From contig CAXYCJ010000011.1 of the NCBI GenBank assembly GCA_964275585.1, positions 16,270 through 80,269 of the forward strand: a DNA stretch of 64,000 nucleotides. The letters run 5' to 3'. A program made the translations under genes and the position numbers. This document shows, piece after piece, positions 43,668 through 54,200 of this stretch. The notes under the pieces were generated by a model that was given only the letters and a program-made list of their open reading frames with translations, was not told the DNA's origin and ran no database searches. Every line of letters begins with the position of its first letter. The first letter of the stretch is position 1. This DNA is from an uncultured SAR86 cluster bacterium (GTDB lineage: Bacteria; Pseudomonadota; Gammaproteobacteria; Magnimaribacterales; D2472).

Positions 43668-43695
43668 ATTTACTTAAGTAGTTATTATGCGAAGT
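43668..43695 (-). other. dif-like site 3 (perfect XerC arm, degenerate XerD arm)
   Basis: + strand ATTTACTTAAG-TAGTTA-TTATGCGAAGT followed by TAATTA, as at site 1. Confidence 0.72.
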
Positions 43696-43783
43696 TAATT
43701 AAGCCATTTATTGAATTTATTCATCTCTATGCCCTTTCACTCGACGTTTTTAAAAGGGCTGAGGCTTTTTAGTCTTTCTAGCT

Positions 43784-45547
43784 TTAGTCATAATAGTCTG
43801 CAATTGATTGCAGATCTAATGAATGTTTAAGAGTTTCTTTTGTGCAGAGCTCATATGAACATTGAGCATAAAAGCTATCAATAAGAGTGCGTATGGAGGG
43901 AATTGAGAAATATTGAGAGTTGTTTAAATCTAAAGACCTATCTGCATCTATGATTTCATTGGCCAAAAAAATACCTTCTAGAAAATTATCAGCATAGCTT
44001 GATATCACAATATATTGACCTCTTGGCAACTCATTCATTACATAATGTCCAGCAATATTTGTTGATGCTTTGTATTTGGCGTTAGCAAATATGCTCATGG
44101 CTGATAGGCTGGCATCACTTGCATAGTCAAATTCCAAAATACGATATTTTTTTTCAAAATCTAAATCATCTGTTAATAATAAATCGTCCATAATACTCAG
44201 ATTATTTACGTCACACGAATTCACCGAATCCAATTTTTGGTTTGCGAAAGCTTGCGTTTCGTTTTGAGCAATTATTTCTTCTTGATGAGCTAAGCAGCTA
44301 TCTGCAGCACGTTTATCGTTTTGCATGGTTGCAATCAACGGGTTTTTTGCTAACTGAGATCTAATTCTTATAATTTCCTTTCTGGCTTTATTGATTATCT
44401 TTTCCTCTATATCAATAAGCTCGGTTTCTGCCCAATTTTGTTGGGCAGCAATAGCCCTAAAGCTAACCTCCATGCTCTCGTAAGTCACTACATCGCCAGT
44501 TTCAGTTCTCACTTCAGGCAAAACGGGAATAAAGCGACCAGAGTTAGGTAGAATTTTATAGTCCTTTGATAGATCTGGCACATCTAGATTAGGCCAATCA
44601 CTTTCATTGTTACCATATTTTTTGGACATTTTGAGACGTTGTGATGATGTAAGGCTCTTTCCATTACAATAATAGTTGTTCGGAGAGGCCACAGCAGAAG
44701 AGCCCGTTGGGAGAAAACTGCTTTTAGCAAATCCGAATTCATCAACACCAAATGATTTATTAATGCCGCTAGGTGCGATTTCAAGGTGTTGTATCATACT
44801 TCCTGGGTTATACCAGCACTCATAAAGACCAGAAGGATAATGAGATCCCACAGGATCACCTTCAACGTTATAAGTTTCAAGATATATGGGATCATTTAGT
44901 CTAATGTTGTATTGTGTATTATTACTAACAATCACATCAGCCTTAAACCCCTTACCCCTATTTGAACCTGTAGCATTCTTGTAAGAAAAAGTGATCTCTA
45001 TTCCTTTTGCAAAATTTTCATAAAGCTCATTCTCGCGCTCAGAAATTTTGGTGTTTAGTATTTTATTTAGATTTGACAAGCTAATAGTTGCCTGGTCGAT
45101 TTTTACCTGTTCTTGGTTAATTAAGCTAAGAAAACTATTTTGCTTCGCTTGGGCTATCACTTTAGAGTCTTCTGCATTTAAATCTATAATCGAGCAACTT
45201 CCATCTGGATCTGTTATTCCATTTGTTTTTGCTGATTCAATTGCTTGATCAATAGTATCTTGCCCTTCATCTAGGGCGGCGATCCAATTATTCGATGAAT
45301 TTTTGCAAAGCCCGCGTATTATAGTCGAATTCTTTTCTGCTAACTCTTCAATGGAACTTAGATACGCATCTATCAGAATGCTCTCAAGAGATTCACCTTC
45401 AATAAAAATAACCTGTTTGGCTGCAGCCGGTTGGGGTTTACCATCTCCCTTAACTAAAAATACATCCCCTTCAATATTAACTGGGCCCCCACATGCAGTT
45501 AATAAAGAGATGAAAAAAAGTGAAACTACAACTTTATAATTATTCAT
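43784..45547 (-). CDS. Hypothetical lipoprotein (587 aa)
   Basis: Lipobox LLTAC; coiled-coil-like segments; several Cys. Confidence 0.85.
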   Translation of the reverse strand: MNNYKVVVSLFFISLLTACGGPVNIEGDVFLVKGDGKPQPAAAKQVIFIEGESLESILIDAYLSSIEELAEKNSTIIRGLCKNSSNNWIAALDEGQDTIDQAIESAKTNGITDPDGSCSIIDLNAEDSKVIAQAKQNSFLSLINQEQVKIDQATISLSNLNKILNTKISERENELYENFAKGIEITFSYKNATGSNRGKGFKADVIVSNNTQYNIRLNDPIYLETYNVEGDPVGSHYPSGLYECWYNPGSMIQHLEIAPSGINKSFGVDEFGFAKSSFLPTGSSAVASPNNYYCNGKSLTSSQRLKMSKKYGNNESDWPNLDVPDLSKDYKILPNSGRFIPVLPEVRTETGDVVTYESMEVSFRAIAAQQNWAETELIDIEEKIINKARKEIIRIRSQLAKNPLIATMQNDKRAADSCLAHQEEIIAQNETQAFANQKLDSVNSCDVNNLSIMDDLLLTDDLDFEKKYRILEFDYASDASLSAMSIFANAKYKASTNIAGHYVMNELPRGQYIVISSYADNFLEGIFLANEIIDADRSLDLNNSQYFSIPSIRTLIDSFYAQCSYELCTKETLKHSLDLQSIADYYD

Positions 45548-45696
45548 TATTTATCTCCGATGTAAGAATATATAAACGTCACTAATATAACGACTCTATG
45601 CATCTAAAAATAACTAATATTTATTTATTTAGCAAGTGTTAGCAAATGAAGCATATTGAGAGAGTGAGCAGATCTTCTCAATTATAATATTGAAGG

Positions 45697-46062
45697 TTAA
45701 TCAGGCCATTGATATAGATTAACGTCTTCGTCACCAATCGTACCAGTGACATCACCATCATTCCAGTCATAGAGAGTGACATCCTTCTCCCCTATTGTTC
45801 CCCAAATATCTCCATCACCCCAATCTTTAAGGTTTACATCTTCATCGCCTATTGTTCCTGTAATTGTTCCATCGCCCCAGTCATATAGATTAACTTCGTC
45901 CTCTCCTATGCTTCCGGTGATGTCTCCATCACCCCACCCATAAAGCTGCACAGATTTATCACCAATAATTCCTGTTGTATCACCTTCATGAAAGCCAGAA
46001 ACAGACTCTTGAGCTGATAGAAAAAGAGGAACAATAATTAAGGTACGCATTAAACAATTCAT
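45697..46062 (-). CDS. Small acidic secreted protein with 19-aa tandem repeats
   Basis: LYxWGDGDITGTIGDEDVN x4 plus partial copies. Confidence 0.8.
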   Translation of the reverse strand: MNCLMRTLIIVPLFLSAQESVSGFHEGDTTGIIGDKSVQLYGWGDGDITGSIGEDEVNLYDWGDGTITGTIGDEDVNLKDWGDGDIWGTIGEKDVTLYDWNDGDVTGTIGDEDVNLYQWPD

Positions 46063-46186
46063 ATATACATACTAGCCTGGCAATCATAGATATATCAATA
46101 TATAAATTACTTATATTATCTTGCGAAAAAAATTAATTAAGTGAATAATATCTCAGTAAAGTAAATAATATTTAGAGGAGACTATT

Positions 46187-46846
46187 ATGGGATCTGGAAT
46201 TTTTAATTTAAAACATCCTACTTTTGCGAGAATACAAAAATTTTTAATTATATTCTTATGTGCAGTATTTACTTCAACTTCATTTGCAGCCACAGAGGTG
46301 CAAGCACCCTTTGGATTTAAGTGGGATCAAAAAGTATCGGACCTTCGGGCAAAAGGCTTTGATTCTACATGCAGTGATGCAACAGACCTTCCAATTAGAA
46401 TATGTAAATTCAGTGCCTCGCCAAAGAAGTTCTCCAAGGCGGATTTTTTCCAGGGTTTTTTTGTTCCTGGTGAGGGTCTTCAGAAAGTTACAATGCTCGG
46501 AAAGGATATTACAGATGACCCATATGGATCGGACGGAAAGGCCCAATATGAGGCATTAAAGACTTCGTTAACGAAAAAGTATGGTGCGCCCACAAACACC
46601 TATGAGTGGGAGGCTACAGAGCTATACAAAGATTCAGATGAGTTTTATGAATGTTTGAATTATCAATCATGCGGCAATCATACGGTCTACTGGATTGAGG
46701 GCATGGATGGTACGATAACTTTGAAGATTAAGGGTGTGAGCAGAGGTAAGGGGTATATACAATTGATCTATGAATCTCCAAGATGGAGTGACCTTCTTGA
46801 TCAACTCAGAGACCAAGAGACTGCTGGAGACGATGACAGTCTTTAA
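46187..46846 (+). CDS. Hypothetical secreted protein
   Basis: GAGGAG RBS; signal-like segment followed by APFGFKW; 219 aa. Confidence 0.8.
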   Translation: MGSGIFNLKHPTFARIQKFLIIFLCAVFTSTSFAATEVQAPFGFKWDQKVSDLRAKGFDSTCSDATDLPIRICKFSASPKKFSKADFFQGFFVPGEGLQKVTMLGKDITDDPYGSDGKAQYEALKTSLTKKYGAPTNTYEWEATELYKDSDEFYECLNYQSCGNHTVYWIEGMDGTITLKIKGVSRGKGYIQLIYESPRWSDLLDQLRDQETAGDDDSL

Positions 46847-46911
46847 GAGTTGTCTGTCTAAAGCTCTTCGTTAAGCTCTTAGTTGTCTAAGAATTGTTGT
46901 TGCAATTAAAG

Positions 46912-47635
46912 CTAAAGTTTATGTTTTAAGAGCTCGGAATATATATCGTAAGCTTGATCTGCAAAACTTAAAACTAATTGTGAGTAATAATTCTCACCGC
47001 TCTCTTTTTTGAAGTTAGTCGAGGACTTAACCGATGGATACCAGTGAGTGGCCCAAACTCCATCATATGGTTTGAGACCAGCCTTCCCATTGAAGCATAT
47101 TAGGATCCCAGCTAATCTTTAATTTATTGCACAATCTTCTTAGACTGCGCTCGGGATGATTGCATAAGTCTGTTGCATCAATAACAACTGGTACCTCCCC
47201 TGTTTGGTTGGCAATAAAGTTGAATAGATTAATTTGCTCATGAAAGCCAAAATCTTCAAGTTTCGCTTCTGGCCATTTTTCTAAAAAACTGGATATTACT
47301 TGCTCTGGCTTTCTGATTAAAAAGCAATTTGTGCATTTTAAAACCCATTCTTTATCAAAATTTGGCAGGAGATGATGGACCATGTGTTTCTGGTAGCAGA
47401 TACCATCATCCTCAGTTCTAACACAGTTTTCTATAACTTTTCTCCAATCTGTTTCTTGGCTATCTATCACGTCCTGAAACATTGGGTGCTCTTTCTTTGT
47501 TGCTTTTAAGTAAGCTGCATAAAATGGCTCATCGAATACATCACGAATATCCTTTCTATTCCCGAAACTTCTCATTAATGCAGTTGATAAATTTCGTGGT
47601 CCAGACCACATTGCAATGTTAATTCTATTAGCCAC
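46912..47635 (-). CDS. Sulfotransferase-like P-loop protein (partner of class IV aminotransferase), +1 frameshift near 47083
   Basis: MWSGPRNLSTALMRSF, DEPFY, YQKHM. Removing one G restores ...AGLKPYDGVWATHWYPSV...LLKHKL* (about 240 aa). Confidence 0.85.
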
Positions 47636-48521
47636 TTGAGGTTAATAGAAAGTATAGGTCTTGAAGTTTTTTAGTTACCTTCAGATTACGTTTATCTTCA
47701 ATTTTCCTACCATCAATTTCCTTAACAGGTGTTAATGAACCAAGAGTTCCTGTAACAAAAGCTTCATCTGCATCATACGTATCTACCAAAGAGAAGTTTT
47801 TTTGAAAAATCGGTACATTATTATCTTTACATAAACTTATAATTTTCTTTCTTGTTATCCCATTCATGCAATAGTCGCCGGTACTTGTCCACACTTCACC
47901 ATTCTTAACAATGAAAAAGTTACACGAATTGGTAGTATTTACAAAACCTAATGGATCTAGCATTAAAGCTTCATCTGCTCCTGCTTTTTCAGCTTGAATA
48001 CAAGCTAATATACAATTTAGTTTTGAATGGCTGTTTAGTTTTGGATCTTGCATCATAGGTGTTCCTCTTATCTGTGGAACAGTTGCAAGAGTGATAGGAT
48101 CATTCTGAATAGAATCATCGGAGTGCTCCATAATAATTACAATAGTAGGACCATACACTGAGTATGAAGGCCTTTGAAATGGTTTGTTTTTAACTCCCCT
48201 GGTTATCATGAGACGTGCATGAGCTTGATCTGTCATTCGATTGGCAGACTGGGTTTGTTTAAGAGCTGTAGTTATTTCTTGTCGTGATAAGCCTATATCT
48301 AGATCAATTGCTTTAGCAGCTTCAAATAATCTATCTAAATGCTCATCTAAAAATAACCAATTGTTATTAACCAATCTTAGACCTTCCCAGACTCCATCTC
48401 CCATCATAAATCCACTATCAAAGACTGACACTGTTGCATCTTTTTTATGAAGAAACTTTCCATTCACATAGATGATTGCATCTTCGTTTTTTTTAACATG
48501 GGTTTCAGTATTCAAGGTCAT
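47628..48521 (-). CDS. Class IV PLP aminotransferase (branched-chain/D-amino acid type)
   Basis: VSVFDSGFMMGDGVWEGLR, NSHSKLN, GITR, ADEAFVTGT. Confidence 0.92.
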   Translation of the reverse strand: MTLNTETHVKKNEDAIIYVNGKFLHKKDATVSVFDSGFMMGDGVWEGLRLVNNNWLFLDEHLDRLFEAAKAIDLDIGLSRQEITTALKQTQSANRMTDQAHARLMITRGVKNKPFQRPSYSVYGPTIVIIMEHSDDSIQNDPITLATVPQIRGTPMMQDPKLNSHSKLNCILACIQAEKAGADEALMLDPLGFVNTTNSCNFFIVKNGEVWTSTGDYCMNGITRKKIISLCKDNNVPIFQKNFSLVDTYDADEAFVTGTLGSLTPVKEIDGRKIEDKRNLKVTKKLQDLYFLLTSSG

Positions 48522-50105
48522 CTAATTAGTCTTTTTGTATCCTGGACCACGAAGAACTCTTCCGGGTCTGCTTCCATTATGAACTCCATTTTCAACCACT
48601 ATTGAACCATTTACTATTACTGAGTTAACACCTACTGCATATTGATGAGGGTCTTTAAAGGTTGCTTTGTCAATAATAGTATTGGGGTTAAATATAGCAA
48701 TATCAGCATAATAGCCTTCTCTAATAAGGCCCCTTTTCTTTATAGATAATATTTGAGCTGGCAAGCTAGTCATTTTTCTTATAGCTTCTTCTAAACTTAA
48801 AATATTACGTTCTCGGACGTAACTCCCTAATACGCGGGCAAAAGTACCATATGTTCTAGGATGAGGAGAGCCAACCCCAAAAACTGTTAAAGGTCCATCA
48901 GAAGCTATAGAAGTCATAGGATGCTGCATAATTAAATCAACATCATCAGAGTCGATAGCATGGTATACAGCAGAAGCTCCACCTCCTTTAATAATATCAA
49001 AAACTACCATCGCAGCATTGTGTGGGGTTGGATCTAAACCCCTTTCAATACACAAATCAGCTAGGTTTTTACCTTCCATCGAGGTGTCCCATGTATTTTT
49101 AGAAATAAAAACATTTTTAGGATGGCCGCCACCTCTATCAAATAATATTCTCTCAACAATTCCATCTACCAAGATTTGACGAGTTTCAGAAGAATCTATT
49201 CGCTTTAAGAGTTCTTTCCTGCCACCAGCTTGAGCCCATTGAGGTATTAGAGCTGTAATCGAGGTTTGTGACGCTGTGTATGGATATTGATCGATGCTAA
49301 CCTTTACTCCCTTGCTTATAGCGATATCAACTAGCTTTAAAGTTTCGGAAGAAAGACCCCAATTACCCTTACCTATTATTTTGTGATGAGTAATTTGAAC
49401 AGGAATATTTGCTTCAATGCCTATATTTATAGTTTCATTAACTGATTTTAAGACATCAACGGCCTCTTCTCTCATATGGGAAATATAAATACCCCCATAA
49501 TTAGCAGCTTCTTGAGATAACTCAACGATCTCTTCGGTGGTAGAAAAACTTCCAGGCACATAAAATAAACCTGTGGATATGCCCAGTGCTCCATCTTTCA
49601 TCGCATTAGCAACCATAGTTTTCATCTTAGATAATTCATCAGACGTTGGACTACGGTTCCCTAAACCCATGACATTTTTTCGAACAGTTCCTTGGCCAAC
49701 AAATACAGCCCAATTTGGACTAATCTTAGTTTTTTCTATCTTTCTGTAATGTGCGCCGATGGGAAAAGGAGAAGTTCCATCATTTCCATCTGTTAGAGTT
49801 GTAATACCCTGAAGCAATGAGCTTTCAGCAGTTGGTACATCAAAGATACCTCTGATGGCATGAGTGTGGGAGTCTATAAAGCCCGGAGATACTATCAAGT
49901 CAGTAGCATCTATAGTGTGCCTTGATTTAAAATCTGATAACGCACCTATTCTAACAATTTGATCACCAATAATTGCTATATCAGCTATATATTGGTTATC
50001 GCCAGACCCATCAACAATAGAGCCATTAAGAATTAACAAATCAAAATCGGTTTCAGAACATGAAAATACAAATGAAAGAGCGAACAATAATATAAAAAAT
50101 CTCAT
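48522..50105 (-). CDS. N-acyl-D-amino-acid deacylase family amidohydrolase, putative lipoprotein
   Basis: PGFIDSHTH, STGLFYVPG, SHMRE, DQYPY, HPRTYGTF; true start probably MRFFILLFALSFVFSC at 50105. Confidence 0.88.
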   Translation of the reverse strand: MRFFILLFALSFVFSCSETDFDLLILNGSIVDGSGDNQYIADIAIIGDQIVRIGALSDFKSRHTIDATDLIVSPGFIDSHTHAIRGIFDVPTAESSLLQGITTLTDGNDGTSPFPIGAHYRKIEKTKISPNWAVFVGQGTVRKNVMGLGNRSPTSDELSKMKTMVANAMKDGALGISTGLFYVPGSFSTTEEIVELSQEAANYGGIYISHMREEAVDVLKSVNETINIGIEANIPVQITHHKIIGKGNWGLSSETLKLVDIAISKGVKVSIDQYPYTASQTSITALIPQWAQAGGRKELLKRIDSSETRQILVDGIVERILFDRGGGHPKNVFISKNTWDTSMEGKNLADLCIERGLDPTPHNAAMVVFDIIKGGGASAVYHAIDSDDVDLIMQHPMTSIASDGPLTVFGVGSPHPRTYGTFARVLGSYVRERNILSLEEAIRKMTSLPAQILSIKKRGLIREGYYADIAIFNPNTIIDKATFKDPHQYAVGVNSVIVNGSIVVENGVHNGSRPGRVLRGPGYKKTN

Positions 50106-50143
50106 ATTTGGATAGTTAAGAGTGTTTTTGCTCTCTAGTATAA

Positions 50144-51286
50144 TTAGACCTTTTCCAGTATATGAATTCCACATGCGCTGCCGAGACCAATAACATGTGC
50201 AAGACCAATTCTTGCATTTGATACCTGCCTTGCTCCAGCTTCGCCTCTTAGCTGAGTGCATATTTCATAAAGATTTGCCACTCCCGTTGCGCCTGTTGGA
50301 TGACCTTTGGCTAATAATCCACCAGATAAATTAACCGGAAGTGTTCCACCTATCTCAAAATAACCATCATCAACTAATCTTCCTGAATCTTCATCTTTGC
50401 ATAAACCTAAATTGCCATAATGGAGCATCTCAGCAGAGGCAAAGCAATCATGCAATTCAACTAAATCAAGATCATCGGGACCCAAGGAGGCCATTTCATA
50501 TGCTTGTTTAACTGCATTTCTAGTTAGCGTATTAATATTTGGCATTGCTTGATTGCGATCGTCATAAGGATCACTGGTTAAAATAGATGCCTTAACTTTA
50601 ACAGTGCGGCCCATTCCGAGTTCTTTAGCCTTTTTGTCTGAAATTAATACAGCCGCCGCAGAGCCATCAACATTTGCAGAGCACATGAGCTTCGTATTAG
50701 GGTAAGCGATCATCTCTGACTCCATGACTTGATCTAAAGGAGTTTCAATTTGATATCTTGATTTTGGATTCATGGTTGAATGGTGATGATTTTTTACTGA
50801 TATTTTTGCAAATTGCTCAAAGGTAGTTCCGTAATTTCTGGCGTGCTCCATCCCTGCTTCAGAAAATATTGCTGGCATTGTTTGAGATCCAAGTAATCCT
50901 TCAAGAGGAATTCCTTGCTCACCTGAGTCTCCTCCAAGTAGGCCTGTACCCATTTTTTCAACTCCTGAAACAAGAACCACATCATACAAACCAGCTTTAA
51001 TAGACATCCACCCTTCTCTGAATGCTGTAGCACCCGTTGCGCAAGCATTTGTACAATTTACGATTGGAATTCCTGTTTGACCTATAAGTTGCAGAGTTTT
51101 TTGACCCACCATTCTGTTCACTTCTTTAATATTCCCACAATAGAAAGCTTCTATGTCCCCCATGTTTAAATTAGCGTCGTCGAGAGCCAATAAAATAGAT
51201 TCAGCAGCAAGTTCAGGAACTGTTTTATCTGGAAATCTTCCAAATTTAATCATATCAATACCTAGGATATACACATCATCACTCAT
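50144..51286 (-). CDS. SCP2-type thiolase
   Basis: NACATG, VELHDCF, GHPTGATG. Confidence 0.9.
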   Translation of the reverse strand: MSDDVYILGIDMIKFGRFPDKTVPELAAESILLALDDANLNMGDIEAFYCGNIKEVNRMVGQKTLQLIGQTGIPIVNCTNACATGATAFREGWMSIKAGLYDVVLVSGVEKMGTGLLGGDSGEQGIPLEGLLGSQTMPAIFSEAGMEHARNYGTTFEQFAKISVKNHHHSTMNPKSRYQIETPLDQVMESEMIAYPNTKLMCSANVDGSAAAVLISDKKAKELGMGRTVKVKASILTSDPYDDRNQAMPNINTLTRNAVKQAYEMASLGPDDLDLVELHDCFASAEMLHYGNLGLCKDEDSGRLVDDGYFEIGGTLPVNLSGGLLAKGHPTGATGVANLYEICTQLRGEAGARQVSNARIGLAHVIGLGSACGIHILEKV

Positions 51287-54200
51287 GATTGATCACCTGC
51301 AGCCTTAGGAAACTTATTAACAATCTCAATATTTTTGCCACTCAGCTCATTGAAGTATTGATGCTTTAATAATTTCGCTTTCTCTATATTCAAGTCTTTT
51401 ACGACATCATAGCCTTTTATATGATCTGGTAATGAGGCTATTTTAATTGCAGTATCATAGTTATTGGCATTAATCTTAGCAATCACCTCACCCATCATTT
51501 CTTCATATTCACCAATCAATGCCCTCTCAGTTTTTCTATGAGAAGAGATTCCAAATATATCAAAAACCGTGCCCCTGAGAAATTTAAAGTGTTTCATTAT
51601 CGCAAAAAGGTAGTATGTAATAGAAGGAAGTTTGCGCTTAGGGTATCTGCCAGTTTGCTTATCCCTGCCACCAAACACTGGAGGAGCTAATGAGTATTCA
51701 ATCTTATAGTTACCCTCTAGTCTGTCTCCAATATATTTTTTAATTTCATCCCCCGTATGGAGTCTTGCTACCTCATATTCATCTTTATATGCCATCAATT
51801 TAAAATAAAATTTTGCAACGGCAATAGAGAGATCTTCTCGTTGATTTGAAATACTCTTATCAACTGCAACCATTTGCAGAACTAAAGATTTATATTTTTC
51901 AGCATATTTGATATTTTGATAGCCAACCAAGAAATCATATCGATCGTCAATAATTGACTCCACTGTCTCAACTGCATTGATCGTTTCATTGCCTATAAAA
52001 GCTATTGAATCGACTTTTTTAATATCAACAGCAGCAAGTCTACCCCAATATATACTTTCTTTATTCATTGCAACGGAAACACCATTTAATTCAATTGCCC
52101 TTTCCACTGCAGCCAATGAAATTGGGAACAAACCTTTTTGTATTGCGAAACCAACTAAAAATAGGTTTGCAGCTATTGCATTTCCCATCAGGGAGGTTGC
52201 ATATTTAGTCGCATTAACCAAATGTATTAATTCGTTAGAGCCAACCTCCTTTAATCCTTTAATCATTCTTGCGGAAGATAGGTCAAGATTTGGATTGGTT
52301 GTAAAGGTGCTTGTTGGGGCAACGTGGCTATTGATAACCATATTAGTCTTATCTTTATTAATTTTAGAAAGTGACTCAATTCCAGTTGTGACGACAATGT
52401 CACATCCAACGATTAAGTCAGCTGTACCGGTTGCTATTCTTGTTGCATGAAGCTCTGATGGTGAATTTGCGACCCTTAAGTGGCTGGTAACAGGTCCGTT
52501 TCTTTGTGCTAGCCCGGCAACATCTAATGTTGAGGCTCCCTTTCCTTCTAGATGAGCCGCTGTGCCAATTATTGCTCCCAAGGTAATAACTCCAGAGCCA
52601 CCTATTCCTGTCAAAAGAATATTAAAAGGTTTATTTAAATCAGTTACCACAGGACTTGGTAGATCATTATGTAAGTAATTGGAGGCTGTATTTTGATTAC
52701 TAGTCTTTGCCCCCTTTTTCTTAAGAGAACCTCCAGTGACCGTTAAGAAGCTTGGGCAGTATCCTTTGGTGCAAGAATAGTCTTTATTACAAGCTGATTG
52801 GTTGATTTCTCTCTTTCTACCAAATTTTGTTTCGTGAGGTTCAATAGCTATGCAGTTAGATTGTGATCCGCAATCACCGCATCCTTCACACACTAATGGG
52901 TTAATAAATATTCTTTTATCTGGTTCATCTGCAAGCCCTCTTTTTCTTCGTCTTCTTAGCTCCGTGGCACAGTATTGATCATAAATAATGACCGTTACAC
53001 CTTTGATTTCACGTAATTGTTTTTGAACCTTATCCAAATCATCTCTTTGATAAATCTTTACACCTGGTGCGAATGAACTATTAGATGGATATTTTTCAGG
53101 ATAGTCCGTCATTACAACAATTTTATTTGCACCTTCTGAGTGTACTTGCCAGCTTAAACTATCAACTTGTACCTTTCCGCTAATATCTTGACCACCTGTC
53201 ATTGCAATTGAATCATTAACTAAAATTTTAAATGTAATGTTAGCTTTAGAAGCTATAGCCGCACGAATAGCTAATATGCCTGAGTGATAATAAGTACCAT
53301 CACCAAGGTTTTGAAAAATATGTTTAGTTTCTGTAAATGGTGCAATCCCTGTCCACATAACACCTTCTCCGCCCATTTGTCCTAAATTGTATGTATGTCT
53401 CTCAGGCATAAAAGTCGCCATGCCATGACAACCAATCCCACCGAAAGCAAAGCTATCCTCAGGAACTTTTGTCGATGTATTGTGTGGGCAGCCAGCACAG
53501 AAACTTGGCAATCTAAATAAATCAGATACTGGGGCAGAATTAATATTTGAAATCAAATTATCTATCTCTTGAATTCTTTGAGATAAGTCAATGTCTAATG
53601 ATAGCTTTTGAATTCTATTTGCAATTATTAAAGACAATGAGCTTGGTGATAATTCACCTTCAGAGGGAATAAGATATTTACCATTCTCATCTTTTTTACC
53701 AATAACCAAGGGTCTCTTGTCATAATTAAAAAGATATTTCATCAGTTGATCTTCAACAATGGATCTTTTTTCTTCAATAACAAGAACCTCATCATTGCCA
53801 TTAACAAAATCAATAATATTATCTGGCTCGAGAGGCCATACCATTCCAACCTTGTATAAAGAAACACCAATTTTTATGCATGTAGCTTCATCCAATCCGA
53901 GCTCATCAAGAGCTTGCCTTACATCCAAATAAGCTTTTCCACTTGTTACAATTGCAAGTTTCCTTTCTCCCTGGAATATGACTTTGTCTAAAGAATTTAG
54001 TTTTGCAAAAGCTTGTGCGGCAGGAAGTCTTTTTTGATACAACCTACTTTCAGATAAAGCAGGTATATATCCCCACTGGAGATGCAGGTCTTCATCTTCT
54101 AATGTTTTCTCTGGTAGTTTTGGATTAAATCTATCGAATCCAATATCTACAGAAGCAGCGCTTTCAACGGTATCAGTTATGCACTTCATTCCAACCCAGC

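Noticed and set aside
41187-43695. CRISPR array or classical integron attC sites
   Set aside because: Spacing is over 1 kb, there is no cas or intI gene, and the repeats match the dif XerC arm rather than attC structure.
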